IMG/VR virus record: IMGVR_UViG_2872147552_000001
DNA from: a virus
Taxonomy: Duplodnaviria > Heunggongvirae > Uroviricota > Caudoviricetes
Length of the DNA stretch: 64,000 bases
Strand: one strand, 5' to 3'
The stretch's first letter is position 1; each line of letters opens with the position of its first letter. The translations under genes were made by a program, and so were the position numbers. Positions 28,218-38,439 of the stretch are shown one piece after another. Below the pieces are notes generated by a model, which saw nothing but the letters and a program-made list of their open reading frames with translations, had not been told where the DNA came from and did not search any database.

Positions 28218-28597
28218 TTATCTCTCTCAGTATGTTGCGATGGCGTAAATTTGACGACATCAAATATTTTGGATGGCATCAACTTTATCCGCGAGCTTAG
28301 TTCGGCTCTTCTCTGTAATGCGGTTAATAATGTTTTCGTTCTGACGCCTTCGTGTATCCTCATCCCTGGCACAAGAACTACATCGCAGGGGAGATGCTCA
28401 GGTGACAAATCATTTTGGGCATCGCTAATCAGTCGTGTAATCTCTCTTTCAAGCCGACCGCCTAGCTCTGTTTTAGTGCAATGTTCTGACCAATCACCAG
28501 CCTCAAGCAGCGCGAGAATGCTTAAAATATCGTCCAATAGATCAGTGGTATTATCGACTTCCTTCTGAAGCTCACCGGCTACTGATTTATGCATCAT
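28214..28597 (-). CDS. hypothetical protein
   Basis: 127-aa ORF translationally coupled to its neighbours. Confidence 0.35.
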   Translation of the reverse strand: MMHKSVAGELQKEVDNTTDLLDDILSILALLEAGDWSEHCTKTELGGRLEREITRLISDAQNDLSPEHLPCDVVLVPGMRIHEGVRTKTLLTALQRRAELSSRIKLMPSKIFDVVKFTPSQHTERDK

Positions 28598-29247
28598 TCG
28601 TCATCCTCATCCGAGTCATCCTCATCACAGGATGAGAGTAGTGGGTTAGTCATTCGCCCTACTTGAGTGGCGTAGCCACGCCGACAGAGATTGCGCAGCA
28701 CACTGTATATTTCGAACATCTCGGTTCGTTCATCGCCAACATCAAGCTCAGATGCTATAGCGTGGCATTCAGTCGCGAGAGCCGATATTTTCTGAAATAA
28801 CTCTGCATTATTCACTGTTCGACTCCTGCGGCGTTCTGGTAGTGACATCCAGTGTGTGACATTGCTAATCAGACCATATTCATTAGTTTGAGGATGGTTG
28901 CCGTTAGCGTCTCCGTATTTAAGACTCTCCATAAAGCCATAATGCCTATCACCATTAACGCTCACAAAGCCGTAATAAGCAGGTATAACGCCGATCTCAC
29001 ACGTAACCAGTAAAGGAAAACTAGTTCTCCAATTTAGCTCGCCAATTACAGGCATTCGCTCACTACAGCTTATCCAACCATCCTTAGATGCGGCTGTATT
29101 GGCATAGGCCTTACGGTGCTTCTGTAACTCTGCTGCAATCGCTCTCACGACTTCAACTGGTGCCCTTGCAGCAAACTCAATGTTGGTGATCAGCTCATTA
29201 AGATATTTCTCGCTTGGGTAGCATTTCTTATTGTTAACGGTGGTCAT
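28594..29247 (-). CDS. hypothetical protein with acidic C-terminal tail
   Basis: 217-aa ORF ending CDEDDSDEDDE. Confidence 0.35.
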   Translation of the reverse strand: MTTVNNKKCYPSEKYLNELITNIEFAARAPVEVVRAIAAELQKHRKAYANTAASKDGWISCSERMPVIGELNWRTSFPLLVTCEIGVIPAYYGFVSVNGDRHYGFMESLKYGDANGNHPQTNEYGLISNVTHWMSLPERRRSRTVNNAELFQKISALATECHAIASELDVGDERTEMFEIYSVLRNLCRRGYATQVGRMTNPLLSSCDEDDSDEDDE

Positions 29248-29432
29248 TAGGCAGCTCTCTCAACAACAAGCAATTCGTCGTAGTCATAATCAGTTTCGGA
29301 ACCATCCGTACCGAACAGAGTCACTTTGTCATTTTCCATCCAAAAAGATTTAACCGCACATTGTTGACCTTTAGATGTTATGAGCACATCACCAGGGATT
29401 ACGTCTTCAGCGCGAACCTCTAGTGTTCTCAT
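29247..29432 (-). CDS. hypothetical small protein
   Basis: 61-aa ORF, start and stop overlap adjacent genes. Confidence 0.3.
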   Translation of the reverse strand: MRTLEVRAEDVIPGDVLITSKGQQCAVKSFWMENDKVTLFGTDGSETDYDYDELLVVERAA

Positions 29433-29851
29433 CGTGCTGCCCCCTCTTTGGTGAAAATGCCTGCTGCAATGCTGTTTATGATGCTGTCAGTGCATGGAGT
29501 AGAAAGCTGGGCATCTCCAGCAATTTTCATGACCTCAACATCCGCATATCGAATACCGAGGTGTATCAGACCGGCTATACCTGACTTAAGTCGAACATTT
29601 TCCATAAACAGATCCTTTTCCCGCTGTTTAACGGTCTCCAGCTCAACACGCAACTTCTCAATTTCGGCAGCCATGTAGTAACCAACCATAGCGAAAGTGG
29701 CGAAAGGGTAGTCCGAATCATCAGGAGATACGGAGGCCATTAGCAGACCATCGTGCATGTTCTGGCTTCCATCAGTGATAGATACCGCATAAGAATCGCT
29801 GGTTTCCCGCTTATACAATACGACGACCGGGTTCTTGATTTTCTCTCTCAT
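29429..29851 (-). CDS. hypothetical protein
   Basis: 140-aa ORF in operon context. Confidence 0.35.
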   Translation of the reverse strand: MREKIKNPVVVLYKRETSDSYAVSITDGSQNMHDGLLMASVSPDDSDYPFATFAMVGYYMAAEIEKLRVELETVKQREKDLFMENVRLKSGIAGLIHLGIRYADVEVMKIAGDAQLSTPCTDSIINSIAAGIFTKEGAAR

Positions 29852-30405
29852 TACGATGCCTCTAACTTGTCTAACTCTTTCAGCCCTTCACGTACCGCGT
29901 TCACAATGCGTTCCAGATACTGGTATTTCGGGTTTGGTACCGTTGGCCAGTCGGCATACCACGGATCATCACCAAAGAGATTCAGTAGTTTGTTACCGAC
30001 GCCGAAACAGCAGCAGCTTTCTTTTACGTCATCGGCGTTTTCCGCCTCGTCCCACATTTCGCGAGCCAGTACGGCGTCTATTTCTCTCTCTCTTCGTAAC
30101 TTTATGATTTCTGACTTCACGAAAAGCAGATTTGCATCGTTGTCATCGTCGACCGTGCTTCGCAGTTGAGGGTCGAAATAGCCGATTAGATACTCGTTGC
30201 TGACCCGCTTAATGAACGTCTGCACATCATCACCGCCCATAGCAAACCAAGCCGCAGTCCACGCTTTTCCGTAGCAGGTGATGGTGATTCTTCCCTTACC
30301 AGGTTCGTAGTTTTCAATCATCACTCGAACCGGATCGAGGCGTTCCAGATCCGTCAGCACAAAGGAAAGAACATCTATTTTTTCGATCTTCATGCAGCCT
30401 CCCAC
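29851..30405 (-). CDS. hypothetical protein
   Basis: 184-aa ORF in operon context. Confidence 0.35.
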   Translation of the reverse strand: MGGCMKIEKIDVLSFVLTDLERLDPVRVMIENYEPGKGRITITCYGKAWTAAWFAMGGDDVQTFIKRVSNEYLIGYFDPQLRSTVDDDNDANLLFVKSEIIKLRREREIDAVLAREMWDEAENADDVKESCCCFGVGNKLLNLFGDDPWYADWPTVPNPKYQYLERIVNAVREGLKELDKLEAS

Positions 30406-31031
30406 GCGCTCCAGATCAGCGATTTGTGTTTTTCATAACGTTTGATGTGTACCGGTTTCAGAAGCGCAATACCTTCAGTGACTTTCGCCATTGCGCTTAA
30501 TAACAACGGGTGTTCTATACCTATCCTCTCCATGTACTCGACAACATCAGCGTTGGCACCAATCTCCTTCCCGTTAAAAAGTACGTCCAGCATCAGCTCT
30601 TTCTCTGCAAGGTAGATAGCTGAAAACTCAGGATCGCGACTCACGATAGAAGAGGTATTGTCGAGCAGGTCAGCCAGCTTGATCATGCGCGTCTGCATGT
30701 CGAGATTTTGCTCCAGCTCCCGGACATTGATGATGAAACGCTGTATTCGATTGCCGTCTTCTGGCCTTGCAATGTTGGTCAGAGCCTGAACCATTTCAGC
30801 TACGCGCTCACCGAAGTGATCACGAACCATCTCTATGGTTACATGGGTGTCTTCGACCACATCATGCAGAAGCGCCGCGATTTGCATCTCCACGGTTCCG
30901 TCATGCAATGCAACAATCTCTCGGACAGCAACCGGGTGGTTGATGTAGTCTTCGCCGGTATATTTTCTTTTCTGACCAACGCCACCATGAGCGCCAGCGG
31001 CGAACATATGAGCTTCGGAAATACTAGACAT
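30390..31031 (-). CDS. HD-domain small alarmone hydrolase (SpoT/Mesh1-type (p)ppGpp hydrolase domain)
   Basis: Motifs HPVAV, AALLHDVVEDT, FGERVAEMVQALT and IKLADLLDN match the RelA/SpoT hydrolase domain; 213 aa with no synthetase domain. Confidence 0.75.
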   Translation of the reverse strand: MSSISEAHMFAAGAHGGVGQKRKYTGEDYINHPVAVREIVALHDGTVEMQIAALLHDVVEDTHVTIEMVRDHFGERVAEMVQALTNIARPEDGNRIQRFIINVRELEQNLDMQTRMIKLADLLDNTSSIVSRDPEFSAIYLAEKELMLDVLFNGKEIGANADVVEYMERIGIEHPLLLSAMAKVTEGIALLKPVHIKRYEKHKSLIWSAWEAA

Positions 31032-31040
31032 TCTTAACTC

Positions 31041-31120
31041 CGTTGTTTTCTAGTTGTGGTTATTTTCACAAATAAGAAAAGGTAGAAAACAATTTATTTA
31101 AGGCCACAACTTATGGCCTT
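31041..31120 (-). promoter_or_regulatory. early promoter/operator module plus terminator hairpin AAGGCCACAACTTATGGCCTT
   Basis: Hairpin, inverted TTGTTTTCT/AGAAAACAA elements and -10-like sequence upstream of the HD hydrolase start. Confidence 0.45.
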
Positions 31121-31150
31121 TATTTATTCATGCCGAAGGATTTGTAGCGT

Positions 31151-31531
31151 CTAATTGCCGGATAAAATGGGGTGAGGTGCTTGCCAGTAGGCTCCACCGG
31201 TCCATGTGAACCCCATGCGAATAAGAGTGTTTATTGCGGCTTTGGTAGACTCCGATTCGACACTGGCTTTTCGAAACTCTTGAACCTCTTTCGCCAACTT
31301 GTATGTAATTGTGCAGGGGACGATTGCAGCCCAGCCTTTCTCATGACTGTTAATGACCATCTGGATGTGACCATCCAGAATAGGTTGATTAGGCATGTTA
31401 TTGAAAATGTCTGCCTGTTTTTGAATGTGAAGAAAAAGCCTTGCCAGCTCCATTTGCTCACTACGAGACAAGGGATTATCAAGAGGGCTTTTTGCAAAAG
31501 CGGCTATACGCTGTGCGTCAATGCCAAACAT
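31151..31531 (-). CDS. hypothetical protein
   Basis: 126-aa ORF. Confidence 0.35.
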   Translation of the reverse strand: MFGIDAQRIAAFAKSPLDNPLSRSEQMELARLFLHIQKQADIFNNMPNQPILDGHIQMVINSHEKGWAAIVPCTITYKLAKEVQEFRKASVESESTKAAINTLIRMGFTWTGGAYWQAPHPILSGN

Positions 31532-32235
31532 CAGCGCACCTCACCATCTTTATGGCTGGAGTTAACTTCCGCCATTAAATGTCTGACGTAATCGACAAGA
31601 GAGCCGCCTGGTGGAATCTGGCATTCCTCAACTAACTGGAAGTAGATATCCGCTGCATTACGTGTATTGCTACCCGCGCATATTCTTTCTTCCCGAAGTG
31701 CATGAAGCTCGTTGATCAAACGGTCACACTCTCCGTTACGCTGATCCACAACGGCCTCAAGCTCTGCGACGCGTTCACCTGGCGTCTTACCTTCTTTGCG
31801 TTGGATGGTAACGACGAAATCGCCAATTGCAGGGACGTTGTAATCCAGCTCAAGGTAGTTTTTGGCACCGCTGCGGACGAACTCACCCGCGAACATGGTG
31901 GCGAACATCGCAGAGGCCACTTCGCCGTTGAAAAGTGACTCCAGATCTAACGGAGTCCCGGCATCAAGAGCCTCTTTTGCTGTATCCATTGCATCCATGA
32001 ACCGATCAAACTCATTGGCGCGCTTTTCCAGGTTTTTCCATTGCTCGCTCCAACGTTTGGCAACGAAGTCTATGAATGTTTTCGCGGATTCATCAAAATT
32101 CCCCTCAAACTTAACGATGCCTTTATCAATAATGATCTGGCCTACCGCATCCTCTGCATAACCTTTCAATGTAAACTTGAAAGGAAAATCGGAATGGCCT
32201 GTGACGTTAAAATGCTCTAACTGGAGGTTGCTCAT
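31531..32235 (-). CDS. hypothetical protein
   Basis: 234-aa ORF; palindromic motif 32277-32297 upstream. Confidence 0.4.
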   Translation of the reverse strand: MSNLQLEHFNVTGHSDFPFKFTLKGYAEDAVGQIIIDKGIVKFEGNFDESAKTFIDFVAKRWSEQWKNLEKRANEFDRFMDAMDTAKEALDAGTPLDLESLFNGEVASAMFATMFAGEFVRSGAKNYLELDYNVPAIGDFVVTIQRKEGKTPGERVAELEAVVDQRNGECDRLINELHALREERICAGSNTRNAADIYFQLVEECQIPPGGSLVDYVRHLMAEVNSSHKDGEVR

Positions 32236-32295
32236 GTGTTTTCTCTTATCGTTTAGTTACTACATTCTTACATAAACTAAGTAAGTATTTACCTA

Positions 32296-33981
32296 TCATT
32301 TAACGCGTTTGAAAACGTATACGCTGACTGTGATCCCTGTGTCTTCAAACTCGTTGGTAAACGACTTCCCTCTGGCATAAACGTAATTATCCATCGTCAT
32401 CCAGTCCAGTATTGGCGCAGTGCCCGGCAATACTGCTACAAGACGCCCGCCGACTTTCAGATGCCCCAGCGCAGCCAGCGTGTGCTCTCTATGACGACCA
32501 AGCGAGTACGGCGGGTTCATAACGATTTTGTCGAACTGATAACCTACGTTGTCCTCAGACCACTTTATGAAGTCGCAGCAAATCGTGTTCGTATACCCTT
32601 TTCCGCGCAGGATATCAGCGAAGAGAGGTGCGATTTCTATGCAGGTAACATCTTCCAGATCGGCGTTAATATAGGCCAGAAGATCCCCACGTCCGGCTTG
32701 AGGCTCCAGCAGCTTCTCACCAGGCTTCAATTCAGTGGCTCTGGCAACGTACTCAGCAATCAAGCGTGGGGTAGGGTAGAACTGGTGTGATTTTGTATCC
32801 GGTATTAAACCGGTAGCCACAATCGTATTTAGCGTATGGACGATGTCATACGGGAACTGCCAGTGCTTTTTCTCCTGCACGCCGCCAATGAAGCTCAGTG
32901 TGCGCTCAAGCTCTTCCACCTGCGACTTCTGGAGAGCTGAATCAGAGAAGTACCATACGCCTTTGTCTTTGCTCAATCGCCCGTCACGAAGCGCAGTGCG
33001 AACCGGCACGGAGATCGTCTTCTGGATTAACCCGAACTGCTTTGGTGCCCGTGTTTTTGGCGCGGTGCGACATGGCGCGGGGATTGCAGCAGGCATACTG
33101 TAAGCCAGCACCTCATTCAACTTCCAGGCCACGTCAGGATGTATTTCAAAGTGAACGTTGCCGTTCTTGAACATCTTCACGCGCATCAGATTTCCATCGA
33201 CGTTCATCCAGTCACCGGTCTGGCAGTCGTTTGCCCGATACGCAGCTGATAGCACCTCAGCAGTGCGGTTGATGGTAATAAATTCTTTGTGCGCGAAGAA
33301 ATGAAGCAAGACACGCAGATCGTCGATGTAGTCCTCTTTGCGATAGTTCACGCTAACGCTGTCCCGCCAGAAATCAGAAATGCAGTCAGCGATTATCAGC
33401 CGCTCGCTGAAACCGTTTGTCTTATTTGTCTTGTGCGCAGGACTCAGCGCCTTAAACAAGCCATACACGCGCTCAGAGAGATATTTGTGCCTGTCATTCA
33501 GCAAATTAAGCATCGTGGGTATGACCGTTTCTGCTTTGAACTCCGGTACACCAACGAACTCTTTAACCTTCATCTGGTAGCCGGTTCTGTCAGTTTTGAT
33601 GACTTCCTGTTTGCCCTCTATAAACTGCTCGCGCCACTCATCTCGACGGGAAGCTGGCATGATCAGCAAAACGTTAGTCATGTCCGTGACCTTCCTCCAG
33701 TACTCGGCCCAAATATTCTGTTTCACCCATTCCAGATCGACTTTATCCAACCAACCTCGATTTAAACGCGAGCGATCTTCATCTGGTCGATGGTTTAGTC
33801 TCAGCAGGCGATTAATCATGTTGTGGCGTTCGTCGCCATAAACGAAGTCGTGTACCTGATACATGAAGGCGATCTCTTTCTCGCACTCGGCCACAATTTC
33901 GTGGATGACGTTCATTTCCTGCCGATAGTCGATAGCAGTGTTTGAGTTGGCATCGTCGATGATGGAAAGGGCTGTATTCAT
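32296..33981 (-). CDS. DNA N6-adenine (or N4-cytosine) methyltransferase fused to a ~380-aa N-terminal domain of unknown function
   Basis: C-terminal motif I (LEPQAGRGDLL) then motif IV (NPPYS) in gamma-class order; no recognisable motifs in the N-terminal 380 aa. Confidence 0.6.
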   Translation of the reverse strand: MNTALSIIDDANSNTAIDYRQEMNVIHEIVAECEKEIAFMYQVHDFVYGDERHNMINRLLRLNHRPDEDRSRLNRGWLDKVDLEWVKQNIWAEYWRKVTDMTNVLLIMPASRRDEWREQFIEGKQEVIKTDRTGYQMKVKEFVGVPEFKAETVIPTMLNLLNDRHKYLSERVYGLFKALSPAHKTNKTNGFSERLIIADCISDFWRDSVSVNYRKEDYIDDLRVLLHFFAHKEFITINRTAEVLSAAYRANDCQTGDWMNVDGNLMRVKMFKNGNVHFEIHPDVAWKLNEVLAYSMPAAIPAPCRTAPKTRAPKQFGLIQKTISVPVRTALRDGRLSKDKGVWYFSDSALQKSQVEELERTLSFIGGVQEKKHWQFPYDIVHTLNTIVATGLIPDTKSHQFYPTPRLIAEYVARATELKPGEKLLEPQAGRGDLLAYINADLEDVTCIEIAPLFADILRGKGYTNTICCDFIKWSEDNVGYQFDKIVMNPPYSLGRHREHTLAALGHLKVGGRLVAVLPGTAPILDWMTMDNYVYARGKSFTNEFEDTGITVSVYVFKRVK

Positions 33982-34084
33982 AATTGCACCATTAAGAAGT
34001 GATTTGTTTAATGGTGCAATTATTTCAAAAATGAAAAGGTACTAAATAGAAATAAACAGGCAATCCTTCAAATAAAGGCATTGG

Positions 34085-34699
34085 CTAATCATACTTGGAG
34101 GTATTTATCACCAGAATTTTGTTTGTATAAATCTTCTTAATATCCCATGTGACATTACCGGAATACCATTGACCGTTATATACTTGGTTTCCAGTTGCAC
34201 CTGTCATTGTTACATAGACAGGTCTGTCGTAATCGGTTCGTCTATAGTTATATACTCCAACCATAGCAGGCATTACCGCACATGGATACCCCATATCTAT
34301 TGTAAATTGAGGGTCAGAAATAGTGATAAGTTTCGCATCAAGGGGCATCATCTCACCGTGATACACCATTGCGCCTGCGCTGTTATACATGGCAATGCCA
34401 TAGCCAGAATGTGGTAACACCATATCAGAAAAAGCATAAACTGTTATTGTTCCGGGGCTACCATTTACCTGATGCAATCTGAGAGCATTGTATCCGTTAC
34501 TATGCTCATGAATAAACATCATGTTCGCCTTATTACTGCTTTTTATGAAGAAAAAGCATGATTTGTTTGATGGGATTGATGTTTGAAAAACAGAACCTTT
34601 AGATGTAGACATTGTCCCTTTATTAATCAGATTTTGCGGAGTAAATTCTGGACTCATCCACAAACTTCCATCTGATTGAGTAATTGACATCCCGAACAT
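34085..34699 (-). CDS. hypothetical protein (AT-rich island)
   Basis: Track ORF 34085..34756 trimmed to ATG at 34699, which follows the upstream stop by 2 nt; G/Y/N/T/S-rich, low GC. Confidence 0.3.
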   Translation of the reverse strand: MFGMSITQSDGSLWMSPEFTPQNLINKGTMSTSKGSVFQTSIPSNKSCFFFIKSSNKANMMFIHEHSNGYNALRLHQVNGSPGTITVYAFSDMVLPHSGYGIAMYNSAGAMVYHGEMMPLDAKLITISDPQFTIDMGYPCAVMPAMVGVYNYRRTDYDRPVYVTMTGATGNQVYNGQWYSGNVTWDIKKIYTNKILVINTSKYD

Positions 34700-34701
34700 A
34701 A

Positions 34702-34983
34702 TTATCCCCAGTATGTGTATATGTAAGAACCAAGCCCCGTATATAAATTTGACCAACTAACCGTATTTCCATTAATAGTAACTGTTGGAACAGGTAAATT
34801 AATGTAGTTGTCGTTGTTAAGAGGCATCAATGACCACACGGCATGTAGCGATTTACCCGGTGGCGGATTGGAGTACGTCTTAGAGCCTGATGACGCAGTA
34901 AATCGATCAAGAAAAAAAATAGGAGTAAGGAAGCCAGTAACGTTAATTCCTTTATTGTTGTAAATCCCTGTACCGTATGCCAT
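34702..34983 (-). CDS. hypothetical protein (AT-rich island)
   Basis: 93-aa ORF, same low-GC segment. Confidence 0.3.
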   Translation of the reverse strand: MAYGTGIYNNKGINVTGFLTPIFFLDRFTASSGSKTYSNPPPGKSLHAVWSLMPLNNDNYINLPVPTVTINGNTVSWSNLYTGLGSYIYTYWG

Positions 34984-35038
34984 TTTTCATCCTTGTTTTT
35001 TATCAACACAATATGGCCGATCATGCGGCCATATCAGA

Positions 35039-35608
35039 TCAATTAGAGCTTTGAAAGGCTTTGTGTGGCTGTGTTGCGAGGTTATGTCGATGGCTTAACT
35101 CACGCATCATGTCTTCAAGCCGACTCTTTGTGTCGTCGAGTTGGTCGGCCATTGCTCCCAAAAGCTGACGAACGGCCATCGGATCATCGCTGTTTAGTGA
35201 TGGCATTTTATAACCCGCCTGAGAAGACATAAGATTGAACGCAGACATCAACATCGTTAGAGAGGATTTAAGCCCAGCAATTTCACGATCTTTGCTGGCA
35301 ATAATCGCCTCACTCTTGTTAGTGTCATCAGTTCGTTGAGTCTCGCTCACCATATCCAAAGTCGCCTGCAACTTATCAGCGCGCTCTTTTTCAGCAAGAT
35401 AATGAACACCGAAATGATGTGCTAAAGCTACAACCTGAGTTGGCTCTTCAAAGGTGGACTCAAAATTAAGTGCTGTAACCACTCTCTCAAATATGGAAAC
35501 GTCTTCTATTCCTCGAAGAATGGCTAACATTTTGACCAGTTCATTAGCATCCATTTCTTCGAATAAGGCGTTTTGTTCATCAGCTATCGCTTTGCATTTC
35601 TTGCACAT
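35039..35608 (-). CDS. hypothetical protein
   Basis: 189-aa ORF with AGGAAAAACAC-ATG context; promoter module at 35627-35661. Confidence 0.4.
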   Translation of the reverse strand: MCKKCKAIADEQNALFEEMDANELVKMLAILRGIEDVSIFERVVTALNFESTFEEPTQVVALAHHFGVHYLAEKERADKLQATLDMVSETQRTDDTNKSEAIIASKDREIAGLKSSLTMLMSAFNLMSSQAGYKMPSLNSDDPMAVRQLLGAMADQLDDTKSRLEDMMRELSHRHNLATQPHKAFQSSN

Positions 35609-35905
35609 GTGTTTTTCCTAATGCTTAAACAAGTTGTTTTCTTATTGGCTTTATTGTGATGTGGCATAAAAGGGGAGCAAGCTAAACGTAAAGGTGCAAA
35701 CTCTCTATTTCGGTCAACGAAACACAAGGGCCATTTGGCCCTTGTCATTAACACGTTGCTTTACGGACTAGCGGATAAGCGAAGTAGATCGCCAGACCAA
35801 TGAGGACGCCATCAGAAATGACAGACATCATCTTTCCCGTAAAATCCACCAACACCGCCATCACCAGAAGAGCAATGACGGTCACAAGCCGGAATCTCTC
35901 AAGCA

Positions 35906-36331
35906 TTAGAGATAAGCATCCAGTGACAACTGAAGCGCCTGTGCGATCTTTTTCAGTGCCAGCTCTTCTTGTTCGCCAATACCGTCTTGGTCGGCAATAT
36001 CAAGGCACAGACACAGTACATCTACTGCATCATTAGTCCCGGCCACATCAGCCAGCTCACGTAAAGCCTGGGCATTAGCGCGGCGCGGTGAGGCTTCGTA
36101 TTGAGCACGGATATTGGCGCTCATTTGGGCAATCTCACCAGCAAACGGAGAAAACGCAGGCAGAGCTGCAATTGTTTTCTCAAGAATGGAAATTTCCTTT
36201 GCGTCGCATGTGCCATCGGCATAGGAGATCATGTACGCGCCCCACACGGTGGCTTCAACCGCATCACGGTTCTCCATTTTTTTGACTTCAATAACAGCTT
36301 TACGAGTTTTCTTTTTGAATAAACCTAACAT
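35906..36331 (-). CDS. TerB-like (tellurite-resistance TerB fold) protein, tentative
   Basis: All-helical 141-aa protein with paired ADG...E and DQDG...EE segments resembling TerB; AAGGAAAACAC RBS. Confidence 0.4.
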   Translation of the reverse strand: MLGLFKKKTRKAVIEVKKMENRDAVEATVWGAYMISYADGTCDAKEISILEKTIAALPAFSPFAGEIAQMSANIRAQYEASPRRANAQALRELADVAGTNDAVDVLCLCLDIADQDGIGEQEELALKKIAQALQLSLDAYL

Positions 36332-36423
36332 GTGTTTTCCTTTTATTATTTGTCAAAACAAGTTGTTTTCTAGTTTCATAAATGCTTGCGCAAAGATGGT
36401 CAATGCATATGCACTAACAACCG

Positions 36424-36612
36424 TCAGAAATAACCAAGTACCGAACCAACTGGAAAAACAAAAATCCCAACTACACGAGCCAAGGTCATGCCAGCCTGAA
36501 ACTGGAGATCACCAGAGCAAACAAGTTTTATAATGTTCGATACCCAACCGGCGGCCATGAGGGCCAGAATTGCCAGCCAAATTTTTCCAAAGTGATTTGA
36601 AAACCAGTTCAT
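36424..36612 (-). CDS. small membrane protein
   Basis: 62-aa ORF with two predicted hydrophobic helices. Confidence 0.35.
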   Translation of the reverse strand: MNWFSNHFGKIWLAILALMAAGWVSNIIKLVCSGDLQFQAGMTLARVVGIFVFPVGSVLGYF

Positions 36613-36621
36613 ACAACCGCC

Positions 36622-37116
36622 TTAGTCACAACATGATCCTGAGTAACTGGATGAACTTGAGGTATCGCATCCACCGTCATCCCATCCAGAGTGACAGGAC
36701 GCTCTACTGGAGTGGTGGTAATTGTCGTCGACGGAGGTGTGGTGATGGATGAACCCGGCATCAAAAGGCTCTGGCCGGCTGGAACGGCTATCGTCGCCAG
36801 TGAAACTATAATGAGAACGTAGGCCATTGGTTTCAGCCTCTTTCTTTGAAAATTTTCCATTCGAACTGTCCTTGTTGTTTTTCTCCTTCACTAAAGGCCG
36901 TGCATTTTTCGCTTGGTGTGAAGAACCAGAGGTAACAATCGCCCCCACGTTCGCAACAACTGACGCTTGCTTATCTAAACGTTCATTCAGCAACCGAACG
37001 GTAGTCTCCAGTTCATCAAGACGTGACAGAACACGACCGCTAAATAATTCGGCCAAAATTTGACGTAGTGAACGAGGACGTTTAGTTGCAGAAGTGAAAT
37101 AGGTTTGACGTGCCAT
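36622..37116 (-). CDS. hypothetical protein (frame ambiguous; overlaps an alternative-frame ORF 36609..36860)
   Basis: 164-aa ORF with basic helical N-terminus and Ser/Cys-rich C-terminus; alternative frame encodes a hydrophobic segment plus Pro/Thr-rich tail. Confidence 0.3.
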   Translation of the reverse strand: MARQTYFTSATKRPRSLRQILAELFSGRVLSRLDELETTVRLLNERLDKQASVVANVGAIVTSGSSHQAKNARPLVKEKNNKDSSNGKFSKKEAETNGLRSHYSFTGDDSRSSRPEPFDAGFIHHHTSVDDNYHHSSRASCHSGWDDGGCDTSSSSSYSGSCCD

Positions 37117-37261
37117 GTGGACTCCATCCAGTGTCAGAAAGAGTTGCGGCTGGCGATTGCCAGCCGCCTTTCTCGTTCCATCCTGGAACTGTGTCTTACC
37201 GACACATTGTCATCCTGACGCTGATAAGATACATGATTTAAAATGATAGGTAAACACTTAC

Positions 37262-37855
37262 TTACTGCTTGTTGTAAACAAAACCAATATCTTTCTTGTG
37301 AGGCATATCTGCTGCGGAAAAAGCTGCGATCTTCGCGAGTCGATCACATATTTCATTTTCACGATGCCCGGCGTGACCTTTAACCCACTTCCAGCGAACA
37401 TTATGTCGACTTGCAGCCTCATCCAGACGCTTCCACAGATCAACATTCTTTACCGGTTTTTTGTCAGAAGTCACCCATCCATTGCGTTTCCACCATTTCA
37501 TCCACTGTGTCATGCCGTTTTTCAGATACTGGCTATCAGAGTACAAAATAACGTTGCATGGATATTTCAAACGCTCCAGCCCGATAAGTGCGCCCATCAT
37601 CTCCATGCGGTTATTGGTGGTGCTATGAAAACCATCTGAGAACTCGCGTTCCTCACCACGATACTGGAGAACGATACCGTAACCACCCGGGCCACCCGGA
37701 TTTTTAAGGCAAGAGCCATCACTAAAGATTTTCACGGTTTTGAGCTGGGGATTGAACTCTACGACAGGCGTTGTGGGATTGGTGCGGGGAGAATTTTTGT
37801 TTTTGGCTTTTTTGCGAGTTTTTGCTTGCGATCGGGCTGGTGTCTTCGTCGTCAT
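37262..37855 (-). CDS. ribonuclease HI
   Basis: RNase H fold motifs ([41 protein letters not shown]); track GTG start 37906 replaced by ATG at 37855 with AGGAG RBS. Confidence 0.8.
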   Translation of the reverse strand: MTTKTPARSQAKTRKKAKNKNSPRTNPTTPVVEFNPQLKTVKIFSDGSCLKNPGGPGGYGIVLQYRGEEREFSDGFHSTTNNRMEMMGALIGLERLKYPCNVILYSDSQYLKNGMTQWMKWWKRNGWVTSDKKPVKNVDLWKRLDEAASRHNVRWKWVKGHAGHRENEICDRLAKIAAFSAADMPHKKDIGFVYNKQ

Positions 37856-38439
37856 ATAAACTCCTGAATCAAGCGCCGCGCCGATTTTTTCCTCGCGCGT
37901 GCGCACACGCGTGCGTGTTAATAATTATTAAAATAAACAAATTACTTCCCAGAACAGGTTTTTATAAACCTGAACTGAACGAACGAAGTGAGTGAAGTTC
38001 ACCTCGAACGAAGTGAGAGGTTGTCTTTTCAGGTAATACTCTCCCAGGGAGGTGAGTATAAAAATCCCTCACCAACCTGGTCGTTTCATAACCTGAAAAG
38101 TTATGGCCTAAGTCTACTGCCAGCTTAGACTTGGGAAGTTATGGATGACAGCACCCCAGAACCGAGATCTTCCCACACTTTATGAAGGGGAGTACTGGAT
38201 TCAACCTCTCGAAACACCCCAGACTCGACAATCATAAAGTGACCCTTGTCTCCGCTCACTTTGGTTCCCCCTTCCCCGACACCTAAACGGCACCGGTTCT
38301 ACGCTGGTAGTGAGCTTTTTTTAAACCTGACGCCAGTGACGCTTACCCCCACCCATCAGGTCGAGTCTCCAGTCTACGACTGGAAACTAGCAGATCTTAG
38401 CACTTACAATTCACTTTATGAATAGTTTGTACTTATCTA

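Noticed and set aside
36609-37116. Overlapping out-of-frame ORF pair as an embedded spanin pair (Rz/Rz1-like)
   Set aside because: The embedded Pro/Thr-rich ORF has no lipobox cysteine and the outer ORF has no N-terminal transmembrane helix, so the spanin architecture is not met; left as frame-ambiguous hypothetical.
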